Both the position numbers and the translations under genes were made by a program. A stretch of DNA of 64,000 bases from Vulcanimicrobiota bacterium (GTDB lineage: Bacteria; Vulcanimicrobiota; Vulcanimicrobiia; Vulcanimicrobiales; Vulcanimicrobiaceae), in contig OY970207.1 in NCBI GenBank assembly GCA_963711625.1, positions 2,914,029 through 2,978,028 of the forward strand, given 5' to 3'. The notes under the pieces are model-generated. The model was not told the origin of the DNA. It worked only from the letters and a program-made list of their open reading frames with translations, and searched no databases. How positions within the stretch are numbered: the stretch's first letter is position 1; the number at the start of each line of letters is the position of its first letter. Below are positions 1 to 9,454 of the stretch, one piece after another.

Positions 1-212
1 AACGCTTCCAAACTGCCGCGAGCGGCGGCGTACGCCGTGCCGCTGCGCCACAGATGCAGAAAGACGTCCTGCACGCACTCGCGCGCGGCTTCGGAGTCGC
101 GCAGCAGCCGCAGCGCCGTGGCGTGCATCCGCGCCCCGAACTGGCGGTATGCCGCCTCGTACGCGGCGGATTGCCGGCGCGCGAACTCATCCTCCAGCGC
201 CTCGTCGCGCAC
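1..212 (-). CDS. ECF-type RNA polymerase sigma-70 factor, N-terminal part (gene runs off the left edge)
   Basis: My reverse-strand translation from GTG at 210-212 gives VRDEALEDEFARRQSAAYEAAYRQFGARMHATALRLLRDSEAARECVQDVFLHLWRSG... This is a sigma-70 region-2-like sequence. It starts 3 nt after the stop of the upstream phosphoesterase gene. Confidence 0.6.
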   Translation of the reverse strand, partial: MRDEALEDEFARRQSAAYEAAYRQFGARMHATALRLLRDSEAARECVQDVFLHLWRSGTAYAAARGSLEA

Positions 213-215
213 CCG

Positions 216-1103
216 TCAGCCCAGCGCGCGGTCCTCGAGCCGAAGATTGCCGGCCTCGATCTCCACGGTCCGGTAGCCGATGGCGCGAAGCAAATCCTCG
301 TGCGCGAGCGTCACCGGACCTGGCTTCGCCGCTGCGCCCGGTTTCGGCTGCGGGTACGCCGTGGCGTCGGCGCTCGCAAAGCGGATATTGCCCTCCTGAT
401 GGGTCACGATCTGGTGGATGTGCCCGTTGAGCACGGTCACCCGATCGAACTTCTGCAGAAGCGCGAGCGCCTTAGACCCGTCTTCGGTCGTCCAGCCCCA
501 CTGCGGATAGAGCGCATAGAGCGGCACGTGCGTGAAGACGACGACCGGCGTCGAGGCGGGCACGGCCGCCAGATCGTTCGCGAGCCAACCGAGCTGATCG
601 CTGCCCAGCAGGCCAAGCTTTTCGAAGTTGAAGACGTTGAGCAACACCACGTAGTGCACGCCGCGGGCGTCCCACGACGCCCAGCCACCGGCAGTGGAGT
701 GCGGCACCTTGAAGTTGGCGAGGTACGGTTTGAAGTCGTTGCCGATCACGTCGTGCTCGCCGGGGAGCGCCACGAGCGGCATGCGCAGCTGCGAGAGTAA
801 CGCTCGGGCATCGTCGAACTGCTGCGCCGTTGACAGGTGCGTGATGTCGCCCGTGTGCACCACGAATGCCGGCTGCACGGGCATCGCGTTGATCGCGTCG
901 ATCGCCATCTTCAGCGTGCCGGCCACGTCGGGATTGGCGGCCTGGTGAAAGCCGATGTGACTGTCGCTAATCTGGACGAACTCGACGGCCTCCGCGGTTC
1001 CCGCCGCGACGGCACGGCCCACCAGCAGCCCGCTCGCGCCCAGCGAGTACGCGATGCCGGCGCCGGTCCAAGCTACGTGTTCTAAGAACGAACCGCGCCT
1101 CAC
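216..1103 (-). CDS. Tat-exported metallophosphoesterase (calcineurin-like family)
   Basis: Intact 295-aa ORF. Twin-arginine signal MRRGSFLEHVAWTGAGIAYSLGA. Phosphoesterase motifs ISDSHIG, VHTGDITH, LPGEHD, FTHVPL and NGHIHQ. Confidence 0.85.
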   Translation of the reverse strand: MRRGSFLEHVAWTGAGIAYSLGASGLLVGRAVAAGTAEAVEFVQISDSHIGFHQAANPDVAGTLKMAIDAINAMPVQPAFVVHTGDITHLSTAQQFDDARALLSQLRMPLVALPGEHDVIGNDFKPYLANFKVPHSTAGGWASWDARGVHYVVLLNVFNFEKLGLLGSDQLGWLANDLAAVPASTPVVVFTHVPLYALYPQWGWTTEDGSKALALLQKFDRVTVLNGHIHQIVTHQEGNIRFASADATAYPQPKPGAAAKPGPVTLAHEDLLRAIGYRTVEIEAGNLRLEDRALG

Positions 1104-1423
1104 GGCGTCGCCGCCTTCACGACAATCGTGCCCTTCATGAAGGGGTGCAGCGCGCAGAAGTACGCATACGTACCGGGCTTGACGAAGACGTGACGCCAGC
1201 GCGCGTTCGTGTCGAGCCCCTTCGAGTCGAAGGAACCGTCGGTCGCAGTGACCGTGTGCGCGTCATCGTCGTCGTTCGTGAACGTGACGGCCTGCCCGGC
1301 GGCGATCGTCAGCACGGCGGGGGCAAAGGCATCGCCTTTGATCTGGACGTTCGGCGCGCTTGCCAGCGCGGGCGTCGGTGCGGCCAGCAGCGCCGCCAGG
1401 AGCGTGATGGATAGCTGTCTCAT
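1100..1423 (-). CDS. small blue-copper protein (cupredoxin; plastocyanin/amicyanin-like)
   Basis: 107 aa from ATG at 1421-1423, inside the longer 1100..1876 ORF. Signal peptide MRQLSITLLAALLAAPTPALASA. Type-1 Cu ligand pattern DDAHTV ... YFCALHPFMKG (H...C-x2-H-x2-M). Its stop overlaps the next gene's GTG (GTGA). Confidence 0.8.
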   Translation of the reverse strand: MRQLSITLLAALLAAPTPALASAPNVQIKGDAFAPAVLTIAAGQAVTFTNDDDDAHTVTATDGSFDSKGLDTNARWRHVFVKPGTYAYFCALHPFMKGTIVVKAATP

Positions 1424-1432
1424 ACCCGCCAT

Positions 1433-2296
1433 ATGCTCGACGGCGCAAAACGGTTTGGGGTGCCGGCCATCGTTTTCGCGCTCGCCGCCTGCGGCGGCGG
1501 TCCGGCGGCGCCGAGCGCCGCGCCCAGCGCGGCCGGGGCCGGCCGCACGGCGCGGCTGATCTTCGACGACGAATTCGACGGCGGGAAGCTCGACGCTTCC
1601 AAATGGTTCTGGTGCTATCCCAGCGGCGGCCCGCACGACTGCACGAACAATCAATACGGCATTCCCTACCGCGAGCGCGAACAGTATAGGCCGTCGCAAC
1701 TCGTCGTCGAGGGCGGCGCGTTGCATCTCGTCGCCGTGCGGCACTCCATCATGCCGCACTTTCCATGGACGTCGGGCATGGTGACGACGGGCGGTCCGTT
1801 CACGAAGCGGCCGCGGCCGTTTTTCGCCTTCAAGTACGGCTATGCGGAGATGCGCGCGAAGCTGCCCTCCGGCCACGGCTTCTGGCCGGCCTTCTGGCTA
1901 TTGCCGGCGAGCGGGGCATGGCCACCGGAGATCGACGTGATGGAGTGGCAGGGCGCGCAGCCGCGCCGCGACTACATGACGGTTCATTTCTCCGACGCTC
2001 GGACGTCGAACGATTCGCTGCAGGCCACGTTCGACGGGCCAAACTTCTCGCGCGCGTTCCACGTTTTCGCGATCGAATGGACGTCCGACACCCTGACGTG
2101 GTACGTCGACGGAACGCCTCGCTTCGACGTCACGGCAAAGCAGATAGAGTCGCACGGCGGCCATTTCTTGCGCGCACCGATGTACGTGCTGGTGAACCTC
2201 GCCGTCGGCGGTTGGGTCAGCGGGCCGAATCGCCGAACGCCGTCGCCCGCCTCGATGGTCGTCGACTACGTTCGCATTTACGACCGGCGGCCGTAA
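1433..2296 (+). CDS. glycoside hydrolase family 16 (beta-glucanase/laminarinase-like) lipoprotein
   Basis: Intact 287-aa ORF. Lipobox-like VFALAAC. GH16 catalytic motif EIDVME (ExDxxE). Also FWPAFWLL and a concanavalin-like fold signature, WYVDG. Confidence 0.85.
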   Translation: MLDGAKRFGVPAIVFALAACGGGPAAPSAAPSAAGAGRTARLIFDDEFDGGKLDASKWFWCYPSGGPHDCTNNQYGIPYREREQYRPSQLVVEGGALHLVAVRHSIMPHFPWTSGMVTTGGPFTKRPRPFFAFKYGYAEMRAKLPSGHGFWPAFWLLPASGAWPPEIDVMEWQGAQPRRDYMTVHFSDARTSNDSLQATFDGPNFSRAFHVFAIEWTSDTLTWYVDGTPRFDVTAKQIESHGGHFLRAPMYVLVNLAVGGWVSGPNRRTPSPASMVVDYVRIYDRRP

Positions 2297-2299
2297 CCG

Positions 2300-3343
2300 C
2301 TACAGCGTCAACCGGCCGCGGGCGATCTCGAAGTCGGCCATCCCGTAGTACACGTCGAAGGCACGTTCGCCGACCCGATCGATGGCGGTGGGGAAGACCA
2401 CGTGGCCGACAGCGCCTTGCAATTCGCCGCGCATTTCCGGAACGAACAGCGGCTCCGGCGACCGGAAGACGACGCGGTCGATGTGCCGAGCATCGTGGAC
2501 GATCAGGCCGGCGCAGTAGCGCAGCAGCGTGTCGCCGTCGGGATGCTTCAGTTCGTCGACGCCGTGCACGACCGATAGCCATCCTTCCTCGATTCGCACC
2601 GGCGGCGTGCCGGCGCCGGCCTTGATCGCCCCCCAAGGCGCCGGCGGCAACTCTAGGCGATGCGACTCGGCGACGCTACACAGGGCGTTGATGTCGCCTC
2701 GCACGGGCTCGAGCGGAACGTAGCCGATCGCGATGCCCTCGCGTTCCGCCGGAGGCAGCGCCTCGATGAGCGCCAGCGCCTCCTTGCCGTCCTTCACGGA
2801 GAGCTGCAGCGTGGGCCGGTGGTAGAACGCGAGCGATTCCACGCCCGACGGTGACGTGACGGGCTCCGGAAAGAATGCAGCATCTTTGTCCGCACACGAA
2901 GCGCCGCTGTCTCTGAATTTGAGCAGCCCCAGCCGTTCCCATTCCACGCCGTCGTGCGACACCGCCACTGCCACATCCGGACCGCGCGGCCCGAGCGCCA
3001 CGTACGACATCACGTAGCGATCCAACACCGGCACGAACGTGACGCGCGGGTCCTCGCACCCGTAGCCGGCCGGTCCGGCGCCCAGCTCGTACGGCACCGA
3101 CGGCTCGAGTGCGAAACCGCGCGCCTCGAGTGCGAGCGAACGGTCCGGGAGCTCGCGAGCCGCAAACGACCCGATGCGCGAAATATTACCCGGCGCGACC
3201 ATTCGCGGGTAGATCCTCAGCGAGCCGTCGCGCAGGCGCGCGCACGCCGGGTTGAGCACTCCCAGCGCTTCCGACACGTCGTCGTTTGGGGTCAGCACGA
3301 CGCCCAGCCGGGAGAAAGTCACTCGGTTCAACGATAGGGACAC
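2300..3343 (-). CDS. GH130-family glycosidase/phosphorylase-like protein
   Basis: Intact ORF. GH130-like blocks GVLNPA..., YGCEDPRVTF, VAVSHDGVEWERLG, DKDAAFFPE, GAGTPPVRIEEGWLSVVHGV, YCAGLIVHD and VVFPTA...DVYYGMADFEI. The start is taken at the GTG at 3341-3343; the track ORF start at 3403 would overlap kbl. Confidence 0.6.
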   Translation of the reverse strand: MSLSLNRVTFSRLGVVLTPNDDVSEALGVLNPACARLRDGSLRIYPRMVAPGNISRIGSFAARELPDRSLALEARGFALEPSVPYELGAGPAGYGCEDPRVTFVPVLDRYVMSYVALGPRGPDVAVAVSHDGVEWERLGLLKFRDSGASCADKDAAFFPEPVTSPSGVESLAFYHRPTLQLSVKDGKEALALIEALPPAEREGIAIGYVPLEPVRGDINALCSVAESHRLELPPAPWGAIKAGAGTPPVRIEEGWLSVVHGVDELKHPDGDTLLRYCAGLIVHDARHIDRVVFRSPEPLFVPEMRGELQGAVGHVVFPTAIDRVGERAFDVYYGMADFEIARGRLTL

Positions 3344-3356
3344 GACCGGCGAGATC

Positions 3357-4553
3357 TTACCCGGCGAGCAGCCCCGCTTCCCGTCCCACGCTCGCAAAAG
3401 CACCCAGTGCCCGGTCCATCTCGCTCTTGGTCAGGGCGGCGCTCGTCTGAACCCGAATGCGCGCGGTGCCCTCGGGCACCACCGGATAGCCAAACCCCGT
3501 CACGAAGACGCCCGCTTTGAGCAGCTTGTCGCTCAGCGCGATCGCAAACGCCGTCTCGCCGACGATGATCGGAACGATCGCGCTCTCGCTCTCGAGCGGC
3601 GTGTAGCCGACGCGCTTGAGCCCCTCGCGGAAGTACTGCGTGTTCTCGCGCAGCTTCTGCACGAGCTCGGGGTGAGCGTCGAGGTAGTCGATCGCAGCGA
3701 GCGAGCTGCACGCCACGGTCGCCGGCAGGGCGTTGGAGAACAGCTGCGGCCGAGAGCGCTGGATCAGCGTGTCGATCAGCGCCTCGCTGCCGGCGACAAA
3801 TCCGCCCGCAGCGCCGCCGAGTGCCTTCCCCAGCGTGCCGGTGATGACGTCGATCGCGCCCGTCAAGCCGTAGTGCTCGACCGTCCCGCGCCCCGTTTTG
3901 CCCATCACGCCGGTGCCGTGCGAATCGTCGACGACCGCGATGGCGCCGTACCGCTTCGCCAACGCCACGATCTCGGGCAGCTTGGCCAGATCGCCCTCCA
4001 TCGAAAAGACGCCGTCGGTCACGACGACGATGGGGAAACACCCCTGCACGGCGCGGAGCTTCTCTTCGAGGTCGTGCATGTCGCTGTGTTTGTAGCGCTC
4101 GCGCCGCGCCTTCGACGCGAGGCGAACGCCGTCGATGATCGACGCATGGTTCAGCTCGTCGGAGACGATGGCCGACTTCTCGTCGCAGATCGTCGGAAAG
4201 AGCCCGGTATTGGCGTTCCAGCACGAGACGTACGTGAGCGCCGCCTCGGTTCCCAAGAAGCCAGCGATGCGCTCCTCGAGAGCGCGGTGCACGTCGAACG
4301 TGCCGCAGATGAATCGCACCGATGCGGTGCCGGCGCCGTAACGGTCGAGCCCGCGCTTTCCGGCCGCGATCACATCGGCATTGTCGGCAAGCCCCAGGTA
4401 GTTGTTGCTCGAGAGCACGATGACGTCGCCCGCCTCTTCCATGTGCACCTCCGGCGCCATAGGCGTCGTGAGGTGGCGCAGGCGCTTATACGTTCCGGCC
4501 TTCTTCAGCGCGTCGAGGTCGGTCTGCAGCTTCTCTTCGAATGCCTGGTTCAT
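3357..4553 (-). CDS. kbl: 2-amino-3-ketobutyrate CoA ligase (glycine C-acetyltransferase)
   Basis: Intact 398-aa ORF with full-length class-II aminotransferase/KBL similarity: NNYLGLA, DELNHASIIDG, the PLP-lysine region TGTLGKALGGAAGGF, and RIRVQTSAALT. It lies immediately downstream of tdh with an ATGA overlap. Confidence 0.9.
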   Translation of the reverse strand: MNQAFEEKLQTDLDALKKAGTYKRLRHLTTPMAPEVHMEEAGDVIVLSSNNYLGLADNADVIAAGKRGLDRYGAGTASVRFICGTFDVHRALEERIAGFLGTEAALTYVSCWNANTGLFPTICDEKSAIVSDELNHASIIDGVRLASKARRERYKHSDMHDLEEKLRAVQGCFPIVVVTDGVFSMEGDLAKLPEIVALAKRYGAIAVVDDSHGTGVMGKTGRGTVEHYGLTGAIDVITGTLGKALGGAAGGFVAGSEALIDTLIQRSRPQLFSNALPATVACSSLAAIDYLDAHPELVQKLRENTQYFREGLKRVGYTPLESESAIVPIIVGETAFAIALSDKLLKAGVFVTGFGYPVVPEGTARIRVQTSAALTKSEMDRALGAFASVGREAGLLAG

Positions 4554-5612
4554 GGTGTGCGGCTATCTCCTTTGAAATCCAAGACGATCTTGACCGCTTC
4601 GCCCTTCTCCATCAGCTCGAAGGCGCGGTCGAATTCGGCGTACGGCAGCACGTGCGTAATGACGGCCCGCGGGTCCACGCGTCCGGTCTTGACCAGCGCC
4701 TCGGCCTGATACCAGGTTTCGAACATGCGCCGGCCGTTGATGCCCAGCACGGTGATGCCCTTGAAGATCACGCGCTCGGCCAGGTCGAGCGTCACGGGGT
4801 TCGACGGTATTCCGAGCAGCGCGGCGGTCCCGCCGTTGCGCAACAGTTTCAACCCGGTGTCGATAGCGGCGCCGCTGCCCGACATCTCCAGCAAGACGTC
4901 GGCGCCGTCGCCGTTGGTCAAGCGCGCGATCTCGGCGGGCACGTCGTCGCTCGTCGCGGCAAACGCCGCGTCGGCGCCTAACTTCTTCGCCAGCTCGAGC
5001 CGCGCCGGATTGACGTCGACCGCGTAGATGGCCAGCGCGCCGGCGGCGCGCGCCACTTGAATCGCCAACAAACCGATCGAACCGACGCCGCTGATCACCA
5101 CGGCTCTTCACGCTGACGCCGGCCGCCATCACCGTGTGCACGGCGTTGCCGAGCGGATCGAAGATCGCCGCGCACTCGTCGGGAATCGCGGGGTCGAGCC
5201 GCCAGACGTTATACTCCGGTATGGCGACGTATTCTGCGAACGCTCCGTCGCGATCGACGCCGACGATCTGCACGTGCTCGCAGATATGCGCCTGGCCGGT
5301 GCGGCAGAGCAGACACGTCAGGTCGGCGACGTGGCCCTCGGCGGCCACACGATCGCCGGGACGAACCGTACGCACCAAGTCGCCGACTGCCGCAACCGTT
5401 CCCATGAACTCGTGGCCGACGACCAGCGGGGGCTTGATCCGCCGTTGGGCCCATGCGTCCCACGAGTAGATGTGGTGATCGGTCCCGCAAAGCCCCGCCT
5501 TCTCCACGCGAATCAGCACGTCGCCGGGCGCGACCTGCGGTATCGGGACGTCGGTCAACACAAAACCTGGGCCGGCGCCAGGCTTGACCAGGGCCTTCAT
5601 CGACGAAGCCAT
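4550..5612 (-). CDS. tdh: L-threonine 3-dehydrogenase (one frame break near 5100)
   Basis: The N-terminal half is in the 4563..5612 frame (GLCGTDHHIY, GHEFMG, Zn-ADH). The C-terminal half is in the 4550..5101 frame (ISGVGSIGLLAIQVA ... VKIVLDF). It forms the classical tdh-kbl pair. Confidence 0.85.
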
Positions 5613-5647
5613 GAGGGCCCCGTAATTTCACGGAAGCGCCGGGAAAC

Positions 5648-6675
5648 CTACTCCTTTGCGAAAACGGCGAGATCGCGCGGAGTGATGAACACCTCTTCGT
5701 CGGTGCGGAGCTCGAGAGCGCGGAAGCGCTCTTGCGTGATCTCGACGTGGACCACGGCGCCCCAATCGGTGATCGCTTCGATTTTCACGAACGGGCCGGC
5801 CGCGTTGATGTGCTTCGTCCGTGGCCCTGAAGTGATCGCCGCCGTTGGGCTGGCGACGCGATCTCCAGCGCGTGCGGCCGCACGAATACAAGGTGGCCGG
5901 TTTCCTCGCGGTGGATGCGTGCGGTGCCGTCGTCGATGCGGCCGTGAAATAGGTTCACGTTGCCGAGGAAGTTATAGACGAACGACGTCGCGGGATGGTG
6001 ATATACCTCGTCGGGCGTGCCGACCTGCTCGATCTTGCCGCGATTCATTACGGCCACTTGATCGGCGACCTCGAGCGCCTCGTCTTGATCGTGCGTCACG
6101 AAGACGCTCGTGACGCCCACCTCGTCGTGCAGCTGGCGCAGCCACCGGCGCAGCTCCAGGCGCACCTTCGCGTCGAGCGCTCCGAACGGCTCGTCGAGCA
6201 GCAGGACGCTGGGCTCGACCGCCAGGGCTCGCGCCAAGGCGACGCGCTGGCGCTGGCCGCCCGACAGCTGCGACGGATAACGGCCGGCCTGATTTCGCAG
6301 CTGGATGAGCTCGAGCAGCTCGCCGACGCGTTCGCGAATGCGCTGCGCCGCCGGCCGCGTGCCGCGCGGACGCACGCGCAACCCGAACGCGACGTTCTCG
6401 AAGACGGTCATGTGCCGGAAGAGCGCGTAGTGCTGAAAGACGAAGCCGACCCGGCGTTCGCGCGCGCTGCGATCGCTGAAGTCCTGGCCGTCGAAACGCA
6501 CCTCGCCCGAATCGGCCATTTCGAGGCCGGCGATGATGCGCAGCAGCGTCGTCTTACCGGAGCCCGACGGCCCGAGCAGCGCGACCAACCGTCCACGCGG
6601 GATGTCGAGATCGACCGTATCGAGGGCCGTGAAGTGGCCGAAATTTTTCGTAATCCGGCGAACGGTGATGCTCAT
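5648..6675 (-). CDS. cysA: sulfate/thiosulfate ABC transporter ATP-binding protein (frame break near 5850)
   Basis: [13 protein letters not shown]..., Walker [10 protein letters not shown], signature LSGGQRQR, Walker B LLLDEPF. The C-terminus continues in another frame (my translation: ...[54 protein letters not shown]). Confidence 0.85.
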
Positions 6676-7529
6676 GCGACGTCTCCCGCAGGTTTGTTCG
6701 CGCGCCATTCGACGAGGCTCTTGAGCACCAGCGTGGCGAGCGCCAGCAGCGCGAGGAGCGACGCGACCGCGAACGCCGGCACGAACAGGTAATCGTTGTA
6801 CAGCACTTCGATTTGCAGCGGCATCGTGTCGGTCAGCCCGCGGATGTGGCCCGAGACGACCGACACCGCGCCGAACTCGCCCATGGCGCGTGCGTTGCAC
6901 AGAATCACGCCGTAGAGCAGGGCCCACTTGACGTTGGGCAGCGTCACCCGCAGGAAGGTCTGCCAGCCGCTCGCGCCGAGCGTCAGCGCCGCTTCCTCCT
7001 CGTCGTTGCCCTGCACCGCGATGAGCGGCAGCAGCTCGCGCGCGATGAACGGAAACGTCACGAAGATCGTCGCCAGCACGATGCCGGGCACGGCGAAGAT
7101 GATCTTGACGTCGTGCGCCGCCAGCCACGGTCCCAGCAGCCCCTGCGCGCCGAAGAGCAGGACGTACGTCAGACCGGCGACGACGGGCGAGATCGAGAAC
7201 GGCAGATCGATCAGCGAGATCAGCAGGCTCTTGCCGACGAACTCGAACTTGCCGATCGCCCAGGCGGCTGCGACGCCGAAGACCAGGTTCGCGGGCACCG
7301 CGATCGCGGCGGCCAGCAGCGTCAGCCGGATCGCCGAAAGCGTGTCGGGATTGGCGAAGCTGTGCAGATACGCCGCGACGCCCTGACCGAACGCCATCGC
7401 GAAGACGAGCAGCCAGCGGCGCCAGCAAGGAAGGCGCCCAAGAACACGACCGCGACGCCGATCAGCAGGCCTCGAATCGGCGCCGACTCCGTGGTCGCCG
7501 TGACGGCCGCGCGGCAGCGCGCTAACCAT
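6672..7529 (-). CDS. cysW: sulfate ABC transporter permease (frame break near 7430; start uncertain)
   Basis: The 6672..7529 frame reads ...[29 protein letters not shown]..., [30 protein letters not shown]. The N-terminal TM segment [21 protein letters not shown] lies in a second frame. ATGA overlap with cysA. Confidence 0.8.
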   Translation of the reverse strand: MVSALPRGRHGDHGVGADSRPADRRRGRVLGRLPCWRRWLLVFAMAFGQGVAAYLHSFANPDTLSAIRLTLLAAAIAVPANLVFGVAAAWAIGKFEFVGKSLLISLIDLPFSISPVVAGLTYVLLFGAQGLLGPWLAAHDVKIIFAVPGIVLATIFVTFPFIARELLPLIAVQGNDEEEAALTLGASGWQTFLRVTLPNVKWALLYGVILCNARAMGEFGAVSVVSGHIRGLTDTMPLQIEVLYNDYLFVPAFAVASLLALLALATLVLKSLVEWRANKPAGDVA

Positions 7530-8410
7530 TGGCGGCCAGTACGGGCGTCAACGGCACCGCCGCCGGAGCGTCGGCGCTCTCTCGCCGCGAGCTCCAGCGC
7601 TGCAGCGTGTTGATGCCCAGGAGCATCACGAACGAGATCACCAGCATGACGACCGCGATGGCGGTCGCCCCCGCATAATCGTATTCCTCGAGCTTCGTCA
7701 CGATCAGCAGTGGCGTGATCTCGGTGCGCATCGGCATGTTGCCGGCGATGAAGATCACCGACCCGTATTCGCCCACGCCGCGTGCGAAGGCGAGCGCGAA
7801 CCCGGTGAGTGCGGCGGGGGCGATCGCCGGAAACAGCACGCGTACGAACGTCTGCGAGGCGGGTCGCGCCGAGGCTCGCCGCCACCTCTTCGAGCTCCTT
7901 GTCGAGGTCCTCCAGCACGGGCTGCACCGTGCGTACGACGAACGGCAAGCCGATGAACGTGAGCGCCACGACGATGCCCAGGCGCGTGAACGCGACGTGG
8001 ATCCCGAGTTGCGTCAGCGGGTGGCCGAACCATCCGTTCGAAGCGTAGAGCGTGGTGAGCGCGATCCCGGCAACCGCGGTCGGCAATGCGAACGGCAGGT
8101 CCACCAGCGAGTCGAGCAGGCGTTTTCCGGGGAAGCGGTAGCGCACGAGCACCCACGCGACGAGCGTCCCCATCACGAGGTTGATCGCCGCGCCGACGAG
8201 CGATGCGCCGAACGAGAGCTCGTACGATGCGACCGCCCGCGGCGTCGTGACGACGCGCCAGAAGGCGTGCCATCCGATCTTCGACGTCTCGACGAACGTC
8301 GCCGCCACCGGAATAAGCACGATCAGCGACAGGTACAACATCGTGAATCCGAGCGTCAGCCCGAATCCGGGGATGATGCTCCGGCGCCGCAGGCCCAGCT
8401 TAACGAGCAC
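7522..8410 (-). CDS. cysT: sulfate ABC transporter permease (frame break near 7850)
   Basis: N-terminal part in the 7322..8410 frame: [20 protein letters not shown]..., [36 protein letters not shown]-terminal part in the 7522..7839 frame: [33 protein letters not shown]... Confidence 0.8.
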
Positions 8411-8411
8411 G

Positions 8412-9451
8412 TTACTGATTCGACTGATAGATTTGGTCGAAGACGCCGCCGTCGGCGAAGTATGCCTGCTGCGCCTTCGTCCAGCCGCCGAAGCGATCGA
8501 TGTCGACCAGCTTCATCGGAGGAAACTGAGCCCCATACTTCTTGGCGACCGACGCGAGGCGCGGCCGGAAGTAGTGGCGGGCGATGATCTCCTGCGCCGG
8601 CGGCGAGAACAGGTAATCCAGGTATCGCCTGGGCCACCGTGCGGGTTCCCTTCTTGGCGACGACCGCGTCGACGAGCGCCACCGGCGGCTCCGCCAGGAT
8701 GCTCAGCGACGGGCGGACGATCTCGAAGCGCCCTTTGCCCAGCTTGTTGACGGCCAGCAGCGCATCGTTCTCCCACGCGATCTCGACGTCGCCGATCCCG
8801 CGCTCGACGAACGTCGTCGTCGAGCCGCGGGCGCCCGAGTCGAGCACCGGCACGTTCTTGTAGAGCTTCGTGACGAACGCCTTAGCGGATGCGGCGTTGC
8901 CGCCGGGACGGCTCGTTGCGTACGCCCACGCGGCGAGGAAATTCCAACGCGCGCCGCCCGAGGTTTTGGGATTCGGCGTGATCACCGAGACGCCGGGCTT
9001 CACGAGGTCGTCCCAATCGCGGATGTGCTTGGGATTGCCCTGACGCACGAGAAGGACGATCGTCGACGTGTACGGCGTGCTCTTATACGGCAGGCGCGTC
9101 TGCCAGTTGGCCGGCAGCAGCTTCGCCTTTTGCGAGATCGCGTCGATGTCGTAGGCCAAAGCGAGGGTGACCACGTCGGCGGCCAGGCCGTCGATCACGG
9201 CCCGGGCTTGCTTTCCGGACCCGCCGTTAGACTGCTGCACGGTGACGCTCTTGACCGGTCTTCTTCTTCCAATACTTGGCGAAGACGGCGTTGTAGTCGT
9301 CGTAGAGCTCGCGCGTCGGGTCGTAAGAAACGTTCAGAATCGTCGCCGGTGGCGGAGGCTGCGCGGCGAGTCTCGCCCCGGAGACCGCCATCGCGAGGGC
9401 GACGAGGAGGAGCGCCGCCCTCAACGGTCGTTTCGTGCTTTGGTTTTTCAT
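8412..9451 (-). CDS. sulfate/thiosulfate-binding periplasmic protein (frame breaks near 8630 and 9240)
   Basis: Signal peptide plus [15 protein letters not shown] (9227..9451 frame). [34 protein letters not shown]...[21 protein letters not shown] (8356..9240 frame). C-terminus by my translation: ...[16 protein letters not shown]. Confidence 0.8.
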
Positions 9452-9454
9452 GAT

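Noticed and set aside
3252-4709. Long ORFs antisense to well-supported genes, e.g. 54..800 (+), 3252..4709 (+), 5995..6792 (+), 6813..7613 (+), 20767..21840 (-) and 55927..57879 (+).
   Set aside because: These are shadow ORFs of a high-GC genome. Their translations are Arg/Ala/Gly/Asp-rich with no recognisable motifs, and each fully overlaps a gene with strong homology on the other strand.
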